A stretch of DNA of 64,000 nucleotides, taken from contig NC_068989.1 of NCBI RefSeq assembly GCF_001194135.2, positions 3,709,406 to 3,773,405 of the forward strand, in the 5' to 3' direction. Origin of the DNA: Octopus bimaculoides. Lineage: Eukaryota. Positions 1 to 12,220 of the stretch are shown one piece after another (position 1 is the stretch's first letter; each line of letters starts with the position of its first letter). The position numbers and the translations under genes were made by a program. Under the pieces are notes generated by a model. That model did not search any database. It was not told where the DNA came from and saw only the letters and a program-made list of their open reading frames with translations.

Positions 1-13
1 ATCGTTTCTTATA

Positions 14-195
14 TTTCAGGAAGCGATCGTTCACGCACCGGACAGAGTGCCTTGCAGCTTTTCTTCCGGTTCTCAACGTTCTGAGTTCAAATACTAGCAA
101 GGCCTACTTTGGTTTCCATCATTTCAGGGTCGATAAAAGAAGTATGAGTCAAGTACTGGGGTCGATGTAATCGACTGCTCCCTCTCGAAATATAC
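14..195 (+). mobile_element. SINE family A (tRNA-derived), diverged copy
   Basis: B-box-like gagttcaaat, then tttcatc..gggtcgataaa..gtactggggtcgatgtaatcgact, matching the other family-A copies in the window. Confidence 0.8.
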
Positions 196-659
196 CCCAG
201 TACATTTTTTTAAAGACTGGAACTGCATCTGTCTATTTGCCTAACTGCTATGTTACCAGGATATAAACAATGAGATATAGATTACGTCAATGTTGTGTAT
301 TAGACTCCTCCGAGAACAGGACCATCTCTTCTAACTATTACAGGAACTACACAGATCCTGAATCAGTTTGTGAGAAATAATTCATCATAGCTGTCATTCA
401 TATGGTACAATGACTTGGTATCATGTACCATGCTTTTGTTTATTGTTGTAGGTAGCCCGTTAGTTATGTGCAGACATAGTCGAACGGCTCTTTCACTCTT
501 CACCCTGTGGAACAATGAGGTACAGTGACGCTACGGGAAGAAAGAGCCCGTGCGAATACTCAGCCGCTACTCACTTTCAGCCCTGAAAACTAGGTCACGT
601 GCCTTATAGTATAATTCACATTGAAAGCAGTTCTTATATTAATCATTCTTAACGGAGGA

Positions 660-905
660 GGAAGGACTGCAATTTTGGTGAGAGGGAAGTTTGACACCGG
701 TGCTCAACTGGTACGTACTTTGGCACACGCCCAGCAAATTTGTGGGTGGGGGTAAGTCAATTACATCTTTATCGACTTCACTTTATCGACCTCACTTTAT
801 CGCTGATGAAATGAATTGTCGGCCTCAGAACGTAAAGACAGACGAAATGCCACTAAGCAGTTTGCTCGGCTCACTAACGATTCTGCCAGCTCGTCGGCTT
901 ATTCC
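660..905 (-). mobile_element. SINE family A copy
   Basis: Reverse complement of the family-A head (ctaacgattctgccagctcg) and core; short internal duplication of tttatcgac..cact. Confidence 0.85.
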
Positions 906-1671
906 ATTCTGTATATTGGTGTGGAAGGTAACAAGGCTGTTTTTGTTTTACTCGAGTGTTATGGGAAATCTGAGTAATTATTCTTTCTCATGTTCTTCAT
1001 TATTTTTCCACCCCCGCCCCAGTACCCCCAACACCACCACGACAACAATAACAATATTTTATGATTTATTTTTCTTTTCCTACCACGCATTAATCTAATT
1101 ACTACTATATGCTTTTGCAAAAAAAAAATAATTAATAATTAATTAATAATTAAGAAAGTGAAAGAGTGTCAAAATAAAGAGGAAAAAAAAAACGATCGAA
1201 ACAAGAAAAGAATCGTGTAAGAACAAAAATGAAATAAAAAGCAAAAATGAAAAAAATAAAAATACAAATTAACAAACAAGATAAATAAATATGTAAACAA
1301 GCCTATAAAAAATATTAAAAATTACATAAAAATTCACAAATAAAAAACAAAAAGTTAAGGTGTGTTTCGATCGTGTAAACTCGATATAGAACAGAACACA
1401 CCTAAAACTTAGCCGTATTTTCGTATTTTCGTCTTCTGTCTTGGTTGTTTATATATACACGTATGAAATCATTGATTGATTCTAGTGGAGTCGATTTTAA
1501 CGCCTTTGCCAAATTTTCACACACGCTTACATACACATATCCGAACACAAACGCATTTACAATCATATACGATTATGCACACGCACATACATACATGAAC
1601 ATACATGCACACATACATGCACACATACACAAGCACATATACATTTATCAGAAAGATATTGGCACCTTGGC

Positions 1672-1724
<53 letters not shown>

Positions 1725-2059
1725 ACGGTTAAAGAACCCCTTAGGGCATGAATGATCATAGTATTGCACCTAGAAAGTTCCCCTTCGAGGCACAGGTCAA
1801 GGCAAGGTGGGTGCATCGAACCAAAATTACCATCTAGTTGTAGCTGGTGCTACGCCGGTTCCATCAATTCTAACAAACTCGATTTTGTGTTTCTGCCCAT
1901 CAAGGTCGATAAAATGCCCTGAAAAATCAACCTTCGACCCTATGCCTGAGCACGAGCGCATTTATATGACTGAAATGAAGAATGTTACTGCTCTGTTCAT
2001 CTTATAATCATCATCGTGCAAATTCATTAGACCAATTGAAAAACAAGATTTTGTAGAAT

Positions 2060-2145
2060 TTCTCACATATTGTAAGTTCTAAATTCATATCGACCAGAGT
2101 CGACTTTTCCTTTCATATTTCCAAGGTCGATAAAATAAAGTTCCC
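2060..2145 (+). mobile_element. SINE family A core fragment
   Basis: gtcgacttttcctttcatatttccaaggtcgataaaataa matches the family-A core; a similar fragment lies at about 1880-1935. Confidence 0.6.
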
Positions 2146-2668
2146 GTCTTGTGCCGAATAAAAGACTAGAACTCTCATACTAAAGTTGAAATATTGTGCT
2201 AAGCCGAAATTAGAAGTTACTAAATATTAATGTATAATTTTGGATGGAAACAATTTTCTGTCATTTCTTTTAAATCAATAATAAAATGATGATTGTCATT
2301 ACATCACATTTCTTTTGAATCTTCCACCCACCAACATATCAATGGCCTTTGGCTTGTACTCTAAATTTAAAAGAAAACCATTGTTTCGTGTTGTTTTTCT
2401 AATCGATAATCCCTCGATCAAAGAAATCTTTTGATCTTCATTGGCCACTCAAATACTTAATACTGAATCAATAAAGTTTCCCGTATTAAGAATGAGAAGA
2501 TGAAAGGAAAAGGACGGAAGATCAAAAGACAAAGACAGGTGAATATATATATATATGAAAGTATACATATATATGTGTATGCATGCGTGTGTATGTGTGT
2601 GTGGGTGTATGTTTATGTATATACGCGTGTATATATAAGGATATATATAGATATACATACATATATGA

Positions 2669-2717
<49 letters not shown>

Positions 2718-3309
2718 NNNNNNNNNNAGAGAGAGAGAGAGAGATAGAGAGATAGAGGGAGAGAAAGGATGGGAGAGATCTGGAGAGATAAAGATTGCGA
2801 TGAAAGACAAAACGTCAAAACTACGCAACAAAGAACGGGAAAGAGTGTGAAAGAAAGAATGAAAGCACGAACATGAAGAATCTATGACTACAAGACTACA
2901 CTGCTTCATTGTGGTGAAGGCTGGATTGCATTTCTGTTTAAAAGAAGAAAAAAAGAACAGTATCGAAATTATTTAAGATACATCACATGTTGGACATTAT
3001 GTTGGAAATCCACTGCCGGGCTTCCCACCGCCGCATCTGTTTAATGCTAGAAATATACGGTCGTGGTCTCTGTCGTATATCCAACGAGGGTTTAGTAGTG
3101 AGATCAACTGAATAACCAGCTCCTGAGTTATCGAGGAAGTTAAAGGGAGAATCTTTTATCCTTTCATTGTAACTTATTTCAGTGAGTAGACTGTAGCGAT
3201 GCTAGGAGAATTCTTAGCTATTCCAGGACCTATGTTTCTTTAAAGCATGGTGCTTATTCTGTCAATCTTTCCTTGGTCAACCCGACAAATCATGAGCTAT
3301 TAAGCACAC

Positions 3310-3460
3310 TAGCACCAGTTGTCTTTTCGTCTACCAAATCCGCTCACAAGCCTTATGTCAGCCCGGGGCTATAGTAGGAGACACTTGTACAAGATGCTCC
3401 GCAGTGAGATTGAACCCTGATCCATGTTGCTGCAAAGCAAACTTCTTACCACACACACGC
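3310..3460 (-). mobile_element. SINE family B, 5' half
   Basis: cgtctaccaaatccgctcacaagcctt...gctatagtaggagacactt...gcagtgagattgaacc is the reverse complement of the family-B head. Confidence 0.8.
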
Positions 3461-3601
3461 CATTAGAGCAAGGAGAAAAGGAGTAAACATTTTTAGCGAT
3501 AAAATTTATCGTCTGCATAAATATAAAGGTATCCCTTAATGTAATATCGTCTGCTGCTTGGATAGGAGAATTGCCCGTGGCAATATAGTTATAAGTTCGG
3601 G

Positions 3602-4030
3602 GTGGGAAGAGACAGATTTATTGATGTAGGAGAACGTTTATTCAGCAAGCGAAATGTTACAGCTTTAACTGAGCATTGGTTAAATATCTTATATCATTGT
3701 TATAATATCGGAAAGGCAAGAGAAGTTAAATTAGGAATTAATTGGAAATATTCATCCTTATATTTGAAGTACAGGTTGGATTATACCACAAAATATTTCA
3801 ACTTTGATATAGGTATGCGTAATTCATGTGAAAAGCTGTCAATGAATACTGCCTCATAATATTCATGAGAACTCCTAATGACGTGGATTCATTAAAGAAG
3901 AATGTAGAGATATTCATAACAATACTAAGAATCAAATCTAGAAGCGGGTATTGAACGGGTGACTGGAATTTTATTAATATAAAGTCGTTTTCATTGTCGA
4001 TGAGGGCAACACTCAGTGTTGCCCTTGTCT
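3602..4030 (+). mobile_element. Possible decayed Penelope-like GIY-YIG C-terminus and terminal repeat
   Basis: ORF 3602-3859 contains TALTEHW...NFDIG, loosely like the PLE endonuclease tail (SALAEH...NRDxG); a perfect 10-bp hairpin follows at 4003-4025. Similarity is weak and from memory. Confidence 0.3.
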
Positions 4031-4849
4031 ATAAAAGATTGTTATGAATTGTAAGTTCTGACATATATCACTGGCAATTTTATGAGATATCTTGTAAGTG
4101 TAATGATGGCCATTTCGTTGCATGCCTGTGGGACGTATGGTTCATTAATAGTCAGGTAAATTATTCTTAATTCCTTTGAGTTATTGGAATGAAAGATGTG
4201 TGACTGAATTGTAATTTATTTTGAACCATCTCCCCAAATAAATAAAGTGATTGGTGTTGGGTGTCCAGTCACACACGTTTATACACCAGCACACATCCAC
4301 ACAAGAGCAGACTATTCAAAAATATAAAGACACTGACCATAAGAAGATAAATGTTTAACCACGAATACCTCATCGCAAAATCCATACACTTACATAAAGC
4401 GACGCACGTTAAACACACACGCCAGCACACACATGTGAGCACATGTACTTCCTCACACATACACACACACATACACACACACACACATACACACACACAC
4501 ACATACACTGTCCCTTCCATTTGTATAAATATATAAACATAGAATCTGTAAACTAGGAAATAAAATAGACAAATCTGGAATAGAGAGGACATGTCATTAA
4601 TGAAGTCACGAATGTGGAGGAAAGGGCTTTGGCAGACCTTACGTATTCGTTGTTTGACCGAATGATTAACCAAAGAAGCAATTAGGTAACAGGTTAAATG
4701 TAAGCAAATTGATTAACGATAATAGAAGTGAAATCGAACCAGTCTTTGTGTGTATTATTGGTATTATGACCTTCCCGAGATACAACAAAATGACGGACAC
4801 TTATAATGTGCGAGAAATTAAGAGGCTTTCGTTCTTCCCCAAGTTTTCT

Positions 4850-5150
4850 TATAAGACGGAACATTTTCCTTATGCAAGCGGTCTAAAATAAAATTTCGCA
4901 CCATTTATCCCTTCGAATGCTTCCATGAAAACATGAAAAAACGTCTCTTTGTTCTTCTTTTAACCCACGATGAATTCTCAAAAACAAACGAATTCTTCTT
5001 GCGTGCATAATTATTTTAATATGAGATTCACTAATGCGCAGGATGGTTTTGGCGAACACTAACGCCTTGGCAAGAGGTTTAGTCAATGGATGTATAAAAA
5101 TCAATAATATCGAACTGGAAGAATTTACAATGTTCTTCGACACCAACTCC
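4850..5150 (-). mobile_element. Penelope-like element reverse transcriptase fragment (frameshifted)
   Basis: Minus strand gives VEEHCKFFQFDIIDFYTSI (RT motif A region), then after a frameshift KALVFAKTILRISESHIKIIMHARR and a decayed GS....CE (GSIRRDKWCEI versus MGSFDGAEVCEL), in the order seen in PLE RTs. Confidence 0.7.
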
Positions 5151-5718
5151 ACTGTAACATACCATTACACTACCATACCATTACACTACCATACCATTAC
5201 AGACACAGAAGTGTTCGATAAGGGAAGCGTTTTAACATATTTTATTTTTAACTATAATAAAATCTAGATCATGCTTTCCTAACTAATTCATTTTTTGTTT
5301 GGTTGATTAATTTATATTTTGGGATAACAGAAAAATTACGCATGTGATATTTAAGGGTGATAAGTGGACGGCGAGATGCTAAATATCCTACTCTGTCATG
5401 TATAGTAATGGTCGTGGTGATATCTTTATCGTTTATATTAATAGACCTGTTTGTGTTAGCGTCAGCTCCACAAATTCAAGAGTAGCGACTGTGACTCTAT
5501 AATATGTGATCACATTTATGTATGCGGCGAATTTGGACATGCTATAATATCTATCCTGTCTAATATGCTAATGTGCAATTGTATGTGTTAGTTAGAAACG
5601 CAGACGAGGTCGATTGATTTCAACTTGGGAGCGATAATTCTTCCGCACTTGTTTCCGGTGCTGTAGTAAAGTTCGTCCTAGCAAGACCGAAAAATAATGA
5701 ATTTCGATTTTTTAACTG

Positions 5719-5825
5719 TGGGGGCGCGTGGATTTGCAGTTAAGGTGTTGCACTCATGATCGTAAGACTGTTGTTTCGAGAACTGGATATGTTGTGTTCT
5801 TGAGCAAAATACTTCTTTTCACGTG
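5719..5825 (+). mobile_element. SINE family C head fragment
   Basis: gggggcgcgtgg...gttaaggtgttgcactcatgatcg...ttgtgttcttgagcaaaatactt matches the head of the copy at 35135-35545. Confidence 0.6.
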
Positions 5826-5858
5826 AAGTACATTCAAACGGCAAAATTGAGTAATCCT

Positions 5859-6075
5859 CAGGCGGTGAGCTGGCAGAATCGTTAGCATGGCGGACGAAAT
5901 GCTTAGCGGTATTACGTCTACCGTTACGTTCTGAGTTCAAATTCCGCAGAGGTCGACTTTGCATTTCATTCTTTCGGAGTCGATAAATTAAATACTAGTT
6001 GCGTACTGGGTTCGATCTAATCGACTGTCCATCTCCCCCAGAATTTCGGGCCTTGTGTCTAGAGTGAAAAAAAGA
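5859..6075 (+). mobile_element. SINE family A, near full length
   Basis: aggcggtgagctggcagaatcgttagc (A-box-like), gttctgagttcaaattcc (B-box-like), core, ggccttgtg and A-rich tail. Confidence 0.9.
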
Positions 6076-6749
6076 AAAAATAGAATAATCCTTCCCCAGA
6101 CCGGCGGCGTCCCATCTAGGTGTTGAACACACACACACACAGACACAGACACACACACACACACACACAGACACAGACACAGACACAGACACATCAGATA
6201 TCTATCTATCTATCTATCTATATGCGTTTAAGAGGGTGGGTATGTAACCTGGCATTCGAACCTTGGTTTCATACATTTACATAATGTCGTGATGCATTAT
6301 CGCTTATCCATCTCTCGTGAGTACTCACAAATCTCTTCATATCTTCATCAAATCTAATTTTTAGCGTAGTCACAACTAGATTCATAGCAGATTTAATAAG
6401 CATGCGCACGCTGTTATACTTATGAAATTGCATTGCAAAAACGATATTCTAAATTTACTCAGGGCTCATGCTTGGTGAATTAGATAGAAAAGCTTCTGAT
6501 TGGTATGGTTGCCATAATGATCAAAGATAGCTTCTAGATGACCCGAGGACATCATCCCATCAGTTTATCTGTATTCACTGCTGCGGTGCGTGTTTAAGAA
6601 TAGTTTATATTGCAATTTTGAGAAAAAAATTATCAATGTTATTTTAGGTTCTGTGATCGAACGATAAGATAACGTCTTGAATTGACTGGAGATGGAAACC
6701 GAATGTTTTTCCACGGTATTTATGCTTCGACATTATCAGACAACCAACA

Positions 6750-6915
6750 GCAGCATCAACATCACCACTCGTAGCAGCATCTACACGAGCAGAGGCAGCA
6801 GTGGAACACCACCACCACCAACACCACCACCACCACCACCATCACCACCACCACCACCAATCTCGACTAGCATCACTGACAAGTCCAACCACAAAATGCT
6901 ACTATCACCAAGACC

Positions 6916-6946
<31 letters not shown>

Positions 6947-7202
6947 ACACTACCACCATCATCACCACCACTACAACAACTGCCACCTCTAAAACACACA
7001 TACACAGACACGCACATACACACACATGGATATATACAAATATATACACACAAACTCACATATATACATGCACCTGTGTGCACACATATATGAGCACACA
7101 CACACACATACATACACATATATATACATGTGTGTGTGTATACATATGCATATATATACATATATATACATGTACATCTATTTATCTATCTACACACACA
7201 CG

Positions 7203-7275
<73 letters not shown>
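6750..7275. repeat. (CAC)/(CAT) trinucleotide array followed by (CA)/(TA) dinucleotide arrays
   Basis: Directly visible; source of the poly-P and poly-H ORFs at 6692-7093 and 6801-6992. Confidence 0.95.
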
Positions 7276-7278
<3 letters not shown>

Positions 7279-7894
7279 GATTTATATGTGTGTTTTGTAG
7301 CATTCAGGATTGTGAAGTCAAAATTTGAAATAGCTATTCTTGAACGCTACTATTCAAAACATAGGTCCCGATTGTATTTCACTTAAATTCTAATGAATTA
7401 TTATATATCAATTTAGGAATTATTTATTGACTGAATGAATAAATTTATGAATTGTCTTCTAAATGTACTTTTGACATAACCCCTGACCTCATCGATTATG
7501 ATACGCTTAGGTTACGTCCCTTTATGATTTTAAACCTCCCAGAGACTAGTGATTCAGTGTTTCCCATCCTCCAATGCAAACCTATACTCTTTATTCACGT
7601 ACTTCCAGAGACATGTAAATTACTCTTCCACTCTTAAAAGGTTCTTTAATAAGAAATCGTTCGATAACATGAATCGGCTGTTATGAGAGTAAATTTATTC
7701 AGTACAGACCTTCGGGAACGCTAGCTGGGGTTGAGTCAACCGATTGATGAGTCTGATATTGAAAGCCTCAAAATTACCTAAGACTCCTCCAGAAACATGA
7801 CTAATGATAGACCCCTTATAAGTACCAGTTATGCACTTTGGTCGATGTAATCGACTTTTCACCTCTCCCAAAATTTCAGTCTTATTAGACTGCC

Positions 7895-8095
7895 TATCTA
7901 ATAAGGGTACACCATGCACATGCATCACAGCCATATGTGCACGGCATAGTGATTTAATATCAAGATAAACAGCGCATGACCTCGCAGGTGGAGCCAGTAA
8001 GAATTTTCCTCAGGTCGTGTAACCTGTCCCGCTCAAAAGGCTCCCGAATAAGGGTTGTTTGAGGTTGTTGCACGAAACACCCATGTTTCCTGATC
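7895..8095. mobile_element. Unclassified interspersed repeat fragment
   Basis: GC-richer block (ataagggtacacc...cagcgcatgacctcgcaggtgg...cccgctcaaaagg) that I recall as a common octopus repeat; no second aligned copy in the window. A family-A 3' fragment precedes it at 7815-7890. Confidence 0.3.
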
Positions 8096-8160
8096 GGTCT
8101 TTGATTTTCACGAAAGTATTTGCTGACCTTCTTCACAAACGACTGTCTTTTCAGTGTAGA

Positions 8161-8575
8161 TCTTTTATCTTTTGCTTGTTTCTGTCATTAGACTGCGGCT
8201 ATGCTGGGGCACCACCTTGAAGAATTCTTTAGTCGAACGAATCGGCCCCAGTACTTAGTTTTTTAAGAGCCTGATAGTTATTGTCAGTCTCGTTTTGACG
8301 AACTGCTGAGTTTTGAGGACGTAAACACACCGACACCAGTTGTCAAGCTATGGTGGAGGGACAAACACTGACACACACATACACACACACAGATATATAC
8401 ATTCATGTATACAACAGGCTTCTTTCAGTTTCCGTTCTACCAAAGCCACTCACAAGACATTAGTCGGCCCGAAACTACAACAGAAAACATTAATCGAAGC
8501 TGCCACTCAGTGAGAATGAACCTGGAACCGTGTGGTCGAAAAGCAAACTTCGTAGCACACAGCCACACCTGGGTT
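8161..8575 (-). mobile_element. SINE family B, near full length
   Basis: Reverse complement of head (cagccacacct), central (CA/TA) linker, 3' body (gacgtaaacacacc; gcggctatgctggggcaccacc) and tail. Confidence 0.9.
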
Positions 8576-9095
8576 TGTAAGTTTTACAGATTAGCCAAAC
8601 ACCTGCAAAAGATAGTGCATCCCTAAAAACCGTTACCATTTGTGGGTAATATCATTCATTACGTGTTTGTCTTTTTCCTCAACCTTTGACCCTCTTCCTC
8701 CATCGCCGACTGTCCAGATATGTATTTCTACAGCTACACACTTTGCCACTTTTACTTGAAATGATATTATTTTGCACTGAATATTATTAATTGAATTTTT
8801 TTTCTCGCCAAAACAATATTCATGCGTGAATAAGTAATATGTATAGATATTAGATATATATTTTAATTTTCATTTGAATTTCCAAGTAAATATAAGCTAC
8901 GCTGCTGATAACATCAGCAGTCGAAACCTACGCGTGCATATGAATAAAACATTAAATAGATTAATTTTGTCATTATTTGTGTTCTTTGCCATTTTTACCA
9001 TATGTTATAAAGAATGCTAGCTTTAAATCTTAAGAAAAAAGTATTGTTTTACCACATAATGAGGTGACATACACATGTATGTATACATGCTTTCA

Positions 9096-9129
<34 letters not shown>

Positions 9130-9297
9130 TTGTCCATGATAAACAGAAGGCAGTAGAACTTGCTCACCGAGAACAATGGGTGTAGCGGGACCAGACGCTC
9201 GACCACCGCCTGACCGGGAGGAAACTCTGAGGTACCAGGGAAAATTTTACTTTCTTCAATCTGCTACCACTGACCTCTGGCGGAGAATAACTAATTA

Positions 9298-9500
9298 CTA
9301 ACTCGCTTCAACTACCCACGGTATTTCGTCTGTCTTTACGTTCGGAGTTCAAATTCCACCGGGGTCGACTTTGCCTTTCATCCTTTCGGTGTTGATAAAT
9401 TAAGTACCAGTTGCATACTGAGCCGATCTAATCGACTGGCGCCCCGCCACTAAAATGAAAAAAAAAAAATCGGGCCTTGTGCTTAGAGTAGAAAAGAATT
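9298..9500 (+). mobile_element. SINE family A copy (5' decayed)
   Basis: cggtatttcgtctgtctttacgttcggagttcaaattcc...gtaccagttgcatactg...ggccttgtgcttagagtagaaaag. Confidence 0.9.
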
Positions 9501-9984
9501 TTTTATCTTTAGTGACCTCTGTTCTAAAAGAATGTTTGTTTTTAACGACTGAGTGTGGCTTCGAACGGTTTCCGTTAACGTACAGATTGATTGGTCGACG
9601 TCCATGCGTTAATGACATCTGATACCAACACAAAGAGCTAACGTAAACTCTTTCCTCCATTGAATATGTCATATGACAGTTAGAAAAGAGAGATATGAAT
9701 GGGCGAGATCGGTTTTATTGTTTTGTTGTTTTATGTCGAGAGTAATAAAGACTGAAAATTGACTTTAATTAAAAAAAATAATTGTTTACAGAAAATTTAT
9801 ATTGAGAGTTATTTGTTTATTTTGTCGAAGAAAATATCTAATTAAGTAATTGTTCTTTTTAAATGTTAGATATTAAAAATGATATAATTTAATATAGTAT
9901 AATGTAATAAATTTAATGTAGTATAATATGATAAATATAAAGTAATAAAATATAAATGTAATATAATATAATGTTAATAATAAT

Positions 9985-10198
9985 ATTGATTTCAAATTTT
10001 GGCACAAGGCCAGCAATTTTGGGGGAGGCGTATGTCGATTAAATCGACCCCAGGGTTCAACTGGTGCTTATTTTATTGATCCCGAAAAGGATGAAAAACT
10101 AAGTTTACCTCGGAAGAATTTGAACTTAGAACGTAAGGACTGAGGGAATGCCGCTAAACATTTTGCCCGACGTGCCAACCACTTCTAGCGCGCCGCTT
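9985..10198 (-). mobile_element. SINE family A copy (tandem pair, first)
   Basis: Reverse complement of family A, abutting the next copy. Confidence 0.9.
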
Positions 10199-10209
10199 TA
10201 ATATTAATA

Positions 10210-10425
10210 ATCCTTTCTAATATAGGTACAAGGACTGAAATTTTTAGGGAGAGGGTTAAGCCGATTACATCGACCCCAGTGTTTCACTGGTACTTAATTT
10301 ATCGACACCGAAAGGATGAAAGGCAAAGTCGACATCGGCGGAATTTGAACTCAGAATGTAGCGACAAGTGAAATACCGCAAGCATTTCGTCCAGCGTGCT
10401 AACGATTCTGCCAGCTCGCTACCTT
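10210..10425 (-). mobile_element. SINE family A copy (tandem pair, second)
   Basis: Well conserved reverse complement: atcgaccccagtgtttcactggtacttaatttatcgac...gaatttgaactcagaa...ctaacgattctgccagctcg. Confidence 0.92.
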
Positions 10426-11434
10426 TCTTTAATATTAATAATAATAATAATATTATCAATTAGTTCCAGTTCACTCTCGTTGAACTTGTTGAAAAACATA
10501 TCCTAAATTTCTTTTCTTCCTACTTTATGAATGTTCTGGCAATATCACAAATCAAACAAGAATAAGTATGGAAAATTCGTTTATGGGGACGTAAAGAAAC
10601 TTACACCAGTTGTAAAGCGGAGGTGTGGGACAAACACAAAGGCACCTCCACCCACCACACATGCAACGGCTTGCATCAACCAAATTTACTCACATGACAT
10701 TAATCAGAGTCCTGTGGTTAGAGGAAACATTTGCAAGAATACACATCGAATGTAGGGTTTAAATGCATTTTGAATCCCTAGATTTGAAGTATATGCTTGC
10801 TAAAATAAATAGGGGAGATAATCATGTTCTGTAACAGCTGGGCAAGGGCTAACACTCTTTTGTCTTATTATGTAGATGGCGTCTTTAACATGTTTATGCT
10901 CTAAGTAACTTCGTATTAGCAGCTTCACAACCCCGCTCACATTCTTTTAAACCATTTATTTCTTATCTAGTGTTCACATAACTTCTTCACTTCAACCTCA
11001 TGTTATGTTTTTTTTATGAATCTAGAATAATATTTAAATATTTTAAATTGCTTTCATCCAGAGACAGTTATTAGAGAAAATTGATAATAGATTATTATTT
11101 TTTCACACCTCCCGTCCACGAATAAATAATTAGATTTTATCAGACCACGATGCTTCTTATTTATTCCTTTGTCATTCTTTCCAGATAAATAAGTCTATCA
11201 ATAAAACCGACAGACAGTCATTTCAGGAAGACAAACATCTACCCAGCTACAAAAATGAAAGTTTGCATAATATACATTTACACACACACACGCGGGCGCA
11301 GCGAGCACACGCATACATGTATGGGTTTGTGTGTGAAAGAGAGAGTGTGTGTGACTGTATACGTATACCTTTCCGTATATAAACATATGTATAATAGATA
11401 CAAACCTACATACATATAGGGCGTCTGTGTGTGT

Positions 11435-11487
<53 letters not shown>

Positions 11488-11999
11488 TGTGTGTGTGTGC
11501 GTGTGTGCGTGGGGTTATGTTAGTGTTAAGTGTGTGTCTGTAGGTATGTGTGTGTAAAATGATAACGGAAATATATATCGTGTAAATATACTACTCGTTT
11601 CCTATAAAACATCTTAACAGAGTTCAATAGACGTGAAATAAATTCATATTTAAAGCAATAATATAATGAAATATAATGATTGCTAAAATCTATGGACACA
11701 AAGAAATGTAATCATTTCTTAATATTAATGTAAATATATAAATATGTATATTAAGTGTATCTTCTTAAACAATCTCGTGTTTCTGGCTCACGTAGCAGAG
11801 AAATAAAAAGAGGTAGAGTATCTTCATCCGCGGATACCGAAAATGGAACTCCAGCCAAATATCACTGCTTAGATATAAACTCAGTGAAATATGGCGATTA
11901 ACAATGGAAAGTAATAAAAGGATCCCGAAAAGAATTCTATCATGGTTTGTTTATGTATAAAACCTGTTGTTCATTGGCTGGTTGTAAATATTATGTAAG

Positions 12000-12220
12000 C
12001 AAAGCGGCGGGCTGGCAGAATCATTAACATTTCGGACAAAATGCTTTGTGGCATTTCGTCCGTGTTTACGTTCAGAGTTCAAATTCGACTGAGGTGGTCT
12101 TTAACCTTTCGTCCTTTCGAGGCCGATAGAGTAAGTACCAGTTGAGTCCTGAGGTCGTTGTCACTGACTAGCTCCCACCCAATAGAATTGTTGGCCTTGT
12201 GTTAAAATTCGAGAGCAATA
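12000..12220 (+). mobile_element. SINE family A copy
   Basis: aagcggcgggctggcagaatc...gagttcaaattcg...gtaagtaccagttg...ggccttgtg. Confidence 0.88.

Noticed and set aside
691-1098. 135-aa ORF
   Set aside because: Its first half is the antisense strand of a SINE-A copy.
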